Shown here: positions 7,413 to 10,599 of the stretch, piece by piece | How positions within the stretch are numbered: the first letter of the stretch is position 1 | Layout: each line of letters starts with the position of its first letter | Assembly: GCA_964519305.1 (NCBI GenBank) | Contig: CAZFHY010000021.1 | Span: 50,575 to 61,173, forward strand | Reading direction: 5' to 3' | Length of the DNA stretch: 10,599 bases | Source: Candidatus Undinarchaeota archaeon | Lineage (GTDB): Archaea > SpSt-1190 > JASMDC01 | Translations under genes and position numbers: made by a program | The notes under the pieces: generated by a model | What the model saw: the letters and a program-made list of their open reading frames with translations, nothing else | Databases searched by the model: none | What the model was told of the DNA's origin: nothing

Positions 7413-8486
7413 ATGGAGTCGATCATACAAAACGCCTTACAGAACATTCGAGACGAGGACGAACAGGTTCAGGCCGGACAGCCCAGGATATTTATAGTGG
7501 GTTGCGGTGGGGCCGGGAACAACACAGCTGACCGCCTATATTCTATGGGTATCAGTGGGGCCGAGATCATTTCGATCAACACCGACAAGCAGCATCTTGA
7601 CTGCCGTGAAGCAGACAAGAAGCTTCTCATCGGTGCAGAGCTCACCAAGGGTCTGGGTGCTGGTGGCTACCCTCAGGTAGGCAAGGCAGCCGCAGAAGAA
7701 TCAAAGCAGGAGATCAAGGAATGGCTCCGCGACGCGGACCTCGTGTTCATCACTGCTGGTATGGGTGGCGGGACCGGTACAGGCTCCGCATCCGTTGTTG
7801 CCGAGATCGCACGCAACGCCGGCGCGATCGTCATTGGTGTCGTAACGATGCCATTCAAGCTGGAGAAGGCTCGCATATTCAAGGCCGAGACAGGCCTCAT
7901 GGAGCTGCGGAAGAACTCCGACACGGTCATTGTCATTGACAACAACCGCCTTGTAGAGATTGCAGGTAACCTTCCCATTGGTGCCGCTTTCTCCGTTGCA
8001 GATGAGCTCATCTCAACCATGATCAAGGGTATCGTGGAGACCATCGCGGTCAACTCCCTTGTCAACCTCGACTACGCTGACGTCAAGGCCATAATGAAAG
8101 ATGGCGGCGTCGCTATGATCGGAGTTGGCGAGTCAACATCCGAGCACAAGGCCGAAGAGGCTGTCAAGAAGGCACTCAACACGCCCCTCCTGGACGTGGA
8201 CTACGCTGGTGCCACCGGAGCACTTATCCACATCGTGGGTGGGCCCGACATGACCCTCGACGAGGCCAACAAGATCGGCGACCTAGTCACCGCCAAGCTC
8301 GATGACAATGCGAACGTCATCTGGGGTGCTCGCGTCGACGGCCACATGGACGGACGGGTCCGCGTGATGACCATCATCACCGGGGTCAACTCGCCCTTCA
8401 TCCTGGGCCGCATCGACGAGAGGCAGGCGAAGGCCAACGAGGCCGAGAAGGTCAAGGCCGAGCTCGGGATCGAGATCATCCGATAG
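7413..8486 (+). CDS. ftsZ: Cell division GTPase FtsZ (archaeal, FtsZ2-like)
   Basis: [22 protein letters not shown], the tubulin signature [11 protein letters not shown]7 loop VNLDYAD, PLLDVDY and NVIWGAR, plus the archaeal-type C-terminal LGIEIIR. The FtsZ2 assignment is by resemblance to remembered sequences. Confidence 0.97.
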   Translation: MESIIQNALQNIRDEDEQVQAGQPRIFIVGCGGAGNNTADRLYSMGISGAEIISINTDKQHLDCREADKKLLIGAELTKGLGAGGYPQVGKAAAEESKQEIKEWLRDADLVFITAGMGGGTGTGSASVVAEIARNAGAIVIGVVTMPFKLEKARIFKAETGLMELRKNSDTVIVIDNNRLVEIAGNLPIGAAFSVADELISTMIKGIVETIAVNSLVNLDYADVKAIMKDGGVAMIGVGESTSEHKAEEAVKKALNTPLLDVDYAGATGALIHIVGGPDMTLDEANKIGDLVTAKLDDNANVIWGARVDGHMDGRVRVMTIITGVNSPFILGRIDERQAKANEAEKVKAELGIEIIR

Positions 8487-8580
8487 GTAGCAAGAGGGAT
8501 GGGATCGGGGATTCCCCCCACCCATGGTCGAGTCACCCCCCCCGACTCTCCAGATCCCCCCCTTTGCATCCTCTAAACAC

Positions 8581-8608
8581 AGGGCCCCCATTCCCCCTTG
8601 GGGGCCCT
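8581..8608 (+). terminator. Hairpin downstream of ftsZ
   Basis: Perfect 10-bp stem AGGGCCCCCA / TGGGGGCCCT followed by a pyrimidine tract. Confidence 0.45.
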
Positions 8609-8745
8609 CCCCTTCTTCATATCCAATCGCATGACGCGTAGCTATCGGTATTGTCCGCGGTCTGCCCGGCAATAGCCATTTAAACCTGACATCGTCACGC
8701 CAACTCGTAATGGGGAGGGTGACGCGCGCCCTGGGAGAGGAGCAC

Positions 8746-9432
8746 ATGGGGCAGAAGCTCCTCTGCCTCGAGGGGCTGATCGGTGCCGGGAAGACGACGC
8801 TCATCAACGAGCTCAGGAACACCAAGGACTTCTACTTCATCACGGAACCCGTTCTCCAGTGGCAACGCCAGATCGATTCGAGGTCCCTGCTTGGAAATCT
8901 CTACTCTGATTTCCACCGGTGGAGCTACACGTTCCAGGTGAACTCGGTGCTCACCCGTGCCCAGGCCATCGAGGAGGAGAGCAGGTTATCACGTGGCCGC
9001 CATCTTGTGATGGAGCGGTCCCTCCTCTCGGACCGGGAGTGTTTCGCTCGCCTATACTTCGACTCAGGACAGATGTCGGCACTGGAGTGGTATTGGTATA
9101 CCAGATGGTACGATCATATCAACGCGAAGATAAAGTCCGTCGGTGCTTTCGTTTACCTGCGTGTCGATGCAGAGGTAGCTCTGGAGCGCATCAAGAAGCG
9201 TGCCCGCAGTGAGGAGGTGGACATCGATATAGAATACCTCCGGGCCCTCAACCGCAGGTATGAGGTGCTGTTCGCGGGTGGTGAGGCGTCCACAGCCCAA
9301 GGACGTATCCCCGTCCTAGTGGTCGATGGCAATCCCGACGTCATCAAGGATCCGGGGGCCAAGGACCGGATGATCGAGCAAGTGTTCGACTTCCTCGAGG
9401 ATCAGGGATTCTCCAACGGAAAGGATGAGTGA
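8746..9432 (+). CDS. Deoxynucleoside kinase (dNK; dCK/dGK/dAK family)
   Basis: P-loop LEGLIGAGKTT, EPV..W, Y.D..RWSYTFQ, the ERS motif (VMERSLLSD) and lid RIKKRARSEE. ATG 8746 follows GGAGAGGAG; an alternative start is 8710. Confidence 0.92.
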   Translation: MGQKLLCLEGLIGAGKTTLINELRNTKDFYFITEPVLQWQRQIDSRSLLGNLYSDFHRWSYTFQVNSVLTRAQAIEEESRLSRGRHLVMERSLLSDRECFARLYFDSGQMSALEWYWYTRWYDHINAKIKSVGAFVYLRVDAEVALERIKKRARSEEVDIDIEYLRALNRRYEVLFAGGEASTAQGRIPVLVVDGNPDVIKDPGAKDRMIEQVFDFLEDQGFSNGKDE

Positions 9433-9528
9433 ATCTGACAAAGAGGACACGTCCGGGATTTCCGCTGACTCAAGGAAATATTTATTAACGGCCACTGGCG
9501 GCCGTCACCACTGTAAGGTGACATCGAC

Positions 9529-10380
9529 ATGATCGCTGAAGGAGGACTCTACGAACAGATCGACGGAGCGGCCGCTTATCTTGAGAGCACAGTGCCGGCC
9601 GAGAAGCTCGGTCATCATACTGTCAGTTTCGAGCAGAGCGGATATTCTCTGAGCGGAGGGATCTCTGCATGGGCGAACATATCTTACTTCGATGGCGCCA
9701 CACAGGACCCCTCGATGCACCGGCTCTCAATCGAAGGTCGTGTAGGGGAGGCTAAGGACACCGACCAGCTGATGGAGCAGTACGGGTCCGGCGACAACTT
9801 CTCGCTCAAGATGGAGGTGCACGGCGACGACTACGCGAGCAGCTTCTACAAGATCGAGCAGAAGGGCGACGAACTCACCCTGCGTGTGTTCGGAGAGAAG
9901 ACCGGTACGATGTCACGGATGAAGGACTGGTTCTACTCGAACGCTCCTAAGGTAGGGATCAAGGCCGAGGACAGACGGGCCTATACAATTATGAAGGACG
10001 TAATGGCCAAGTCGTTCGAAGAGGCAGGGATCGACTTCGATGTGGAAGACCTCTCCAACGGATCGTACACTCTTGATTCAAGCGTCACAGCAGGACAGAT
10101 CGGCACCCTCTATGAGGCGACCGTCCGTGAGCTCAAGGAGCGACGGACAGAGATGGACTCGGTCCTAATGTCGAGCGTTGACAATCCAGAGTCTCCACAA
10201 ACATCCATACTGCTCTCGTACTTCGATCAGCCAGGTCAGTTCTCCAAGGAAGAGCTCCGCCTGGTCCGACAGACCAAGGATGGATCACCGCTCTTAAGGC
10301 AGGAGGTCGATGACATGGTCTCGGAGTTCACCGAACGCAAAGCGATCATCGGGGACAAGTGGTCCATGAAGGTGCATTAG
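9529..10380 (+). CDS. Hypothetical acidic protein, 283 aa
   Basis: Long ORF with host-like GC-rich codon usage, an AGGTGA SD before the ATG and a TATA-like TTTATTAA at ~9481-9488. No motif recognised. Confidence 0.8.
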   Translation: MIAEGGLYEQIDGAAAYLESTVPAEKLGHHTVSFEQSGYSLSGGISAWANISYFDGATQDPSMHRLSIEGRVGEAKDTDQLMEQYGSGDNFSLKMEVHGDDYASSFYKIEQKGDELTLRVFGEKTGTMSRMKDWFYSNAPKVGIKAEDRRAYTIMKDVMAKSFEEAGIDFDVEDLSNGSYTLDSSVTAGQIGTLYEATVRELKERRTEMDSVLMSSVDNPESPQTSILLSYFDQPGQFSKEELRLVRQTKDGSPLLRQEVDDMVSEFTERKAIIGDKWSMKVH

Positions 10381-10430
10381 AGATACTTGGGCCCTAGAAA
10401 GAGCGATTCCTGACGTCCTTGGGGCGCCAG

Positions 10431-10445
10431 AGAAAAGGTTTTAAA
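10431..10445 (+). promoter_or_regulatory. BRE/TATA promoter of tRNA-Ser
   Basis: GAAAAGG-TTTTAAAG about 35 nt upstream of the mature tRNA 5' end. Confidence 0.65.
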
Positions 10446-10478
10446 GAGCGAGAGGGATTGGCGGTCAGTCCCTTTTTT

Positions 10479-10562
10479 GCCGGGATAGCCAAGTCTGGTA
10501 TGGCGCAAGCCTGCTAAGCTTGTGGGGGAGACCCCACACGGGTTCAAATCCCGTTCCCGGCG
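10479..10562 (+). tRNA. tRNA-Ser (anticodon GCT), long variable arm, CCA not encoded
   Basis: GCCGGGA TA GCC AAGTCTGGTAT GGC G CAAGC CTGCTAA GCTTG TGGGGGAGACCCCAC ACGGG TTCAAAT CCCGT TCCCGGC G forms a cloverleaf with discriminator G. Confidence 0.96.
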
Positions 10563-10599
10563 CTTATCATTCAATGACACAGGAATACTCGCTTAGGGA

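Noticed and set aside
10377-10580. 67-aa minus-strand ORF
   Set aside because: It is antisense to tRNA-Ser and its promoter.

Overview
GC-rich window that looks archaeal (inference from the archaeal-type FtsZ, two tRNA genes with no encoded CCA, BRE/TATA promoters and AGGTGA-type Shine-Dalgarno sites). From left to right it contains: a Pro/Glu/Lys-rich repeat protein on the minus strand, cut off by the window edge and missing from the ORF track; an ICMT/PEMT-family membrane methyltransferase (-); a bacterial-style CbpA-like dnaJ + clpB pair preceded by a possible small Cys-rich ORF; a winged-HTH protein; tRNA-Pro(CGG) (-); about 1 kb of very AT-rich non-coding DNA with a visible ~10-bp periodicity; an FtsZ2-type ftsZ with a highly base-paired ~130-nt 5' leader and a structured C-rich 3' region; a deoxynucleoside kinase; an unrecognised 283-aa protein; and tRNA-Ser(GCT). 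The best candidates for new biology are the periodic AT-rich region, the structured leader of ftsZ and the FPPPP-repeat protein. No searches or folding programs were run; all patterns were read by eye.
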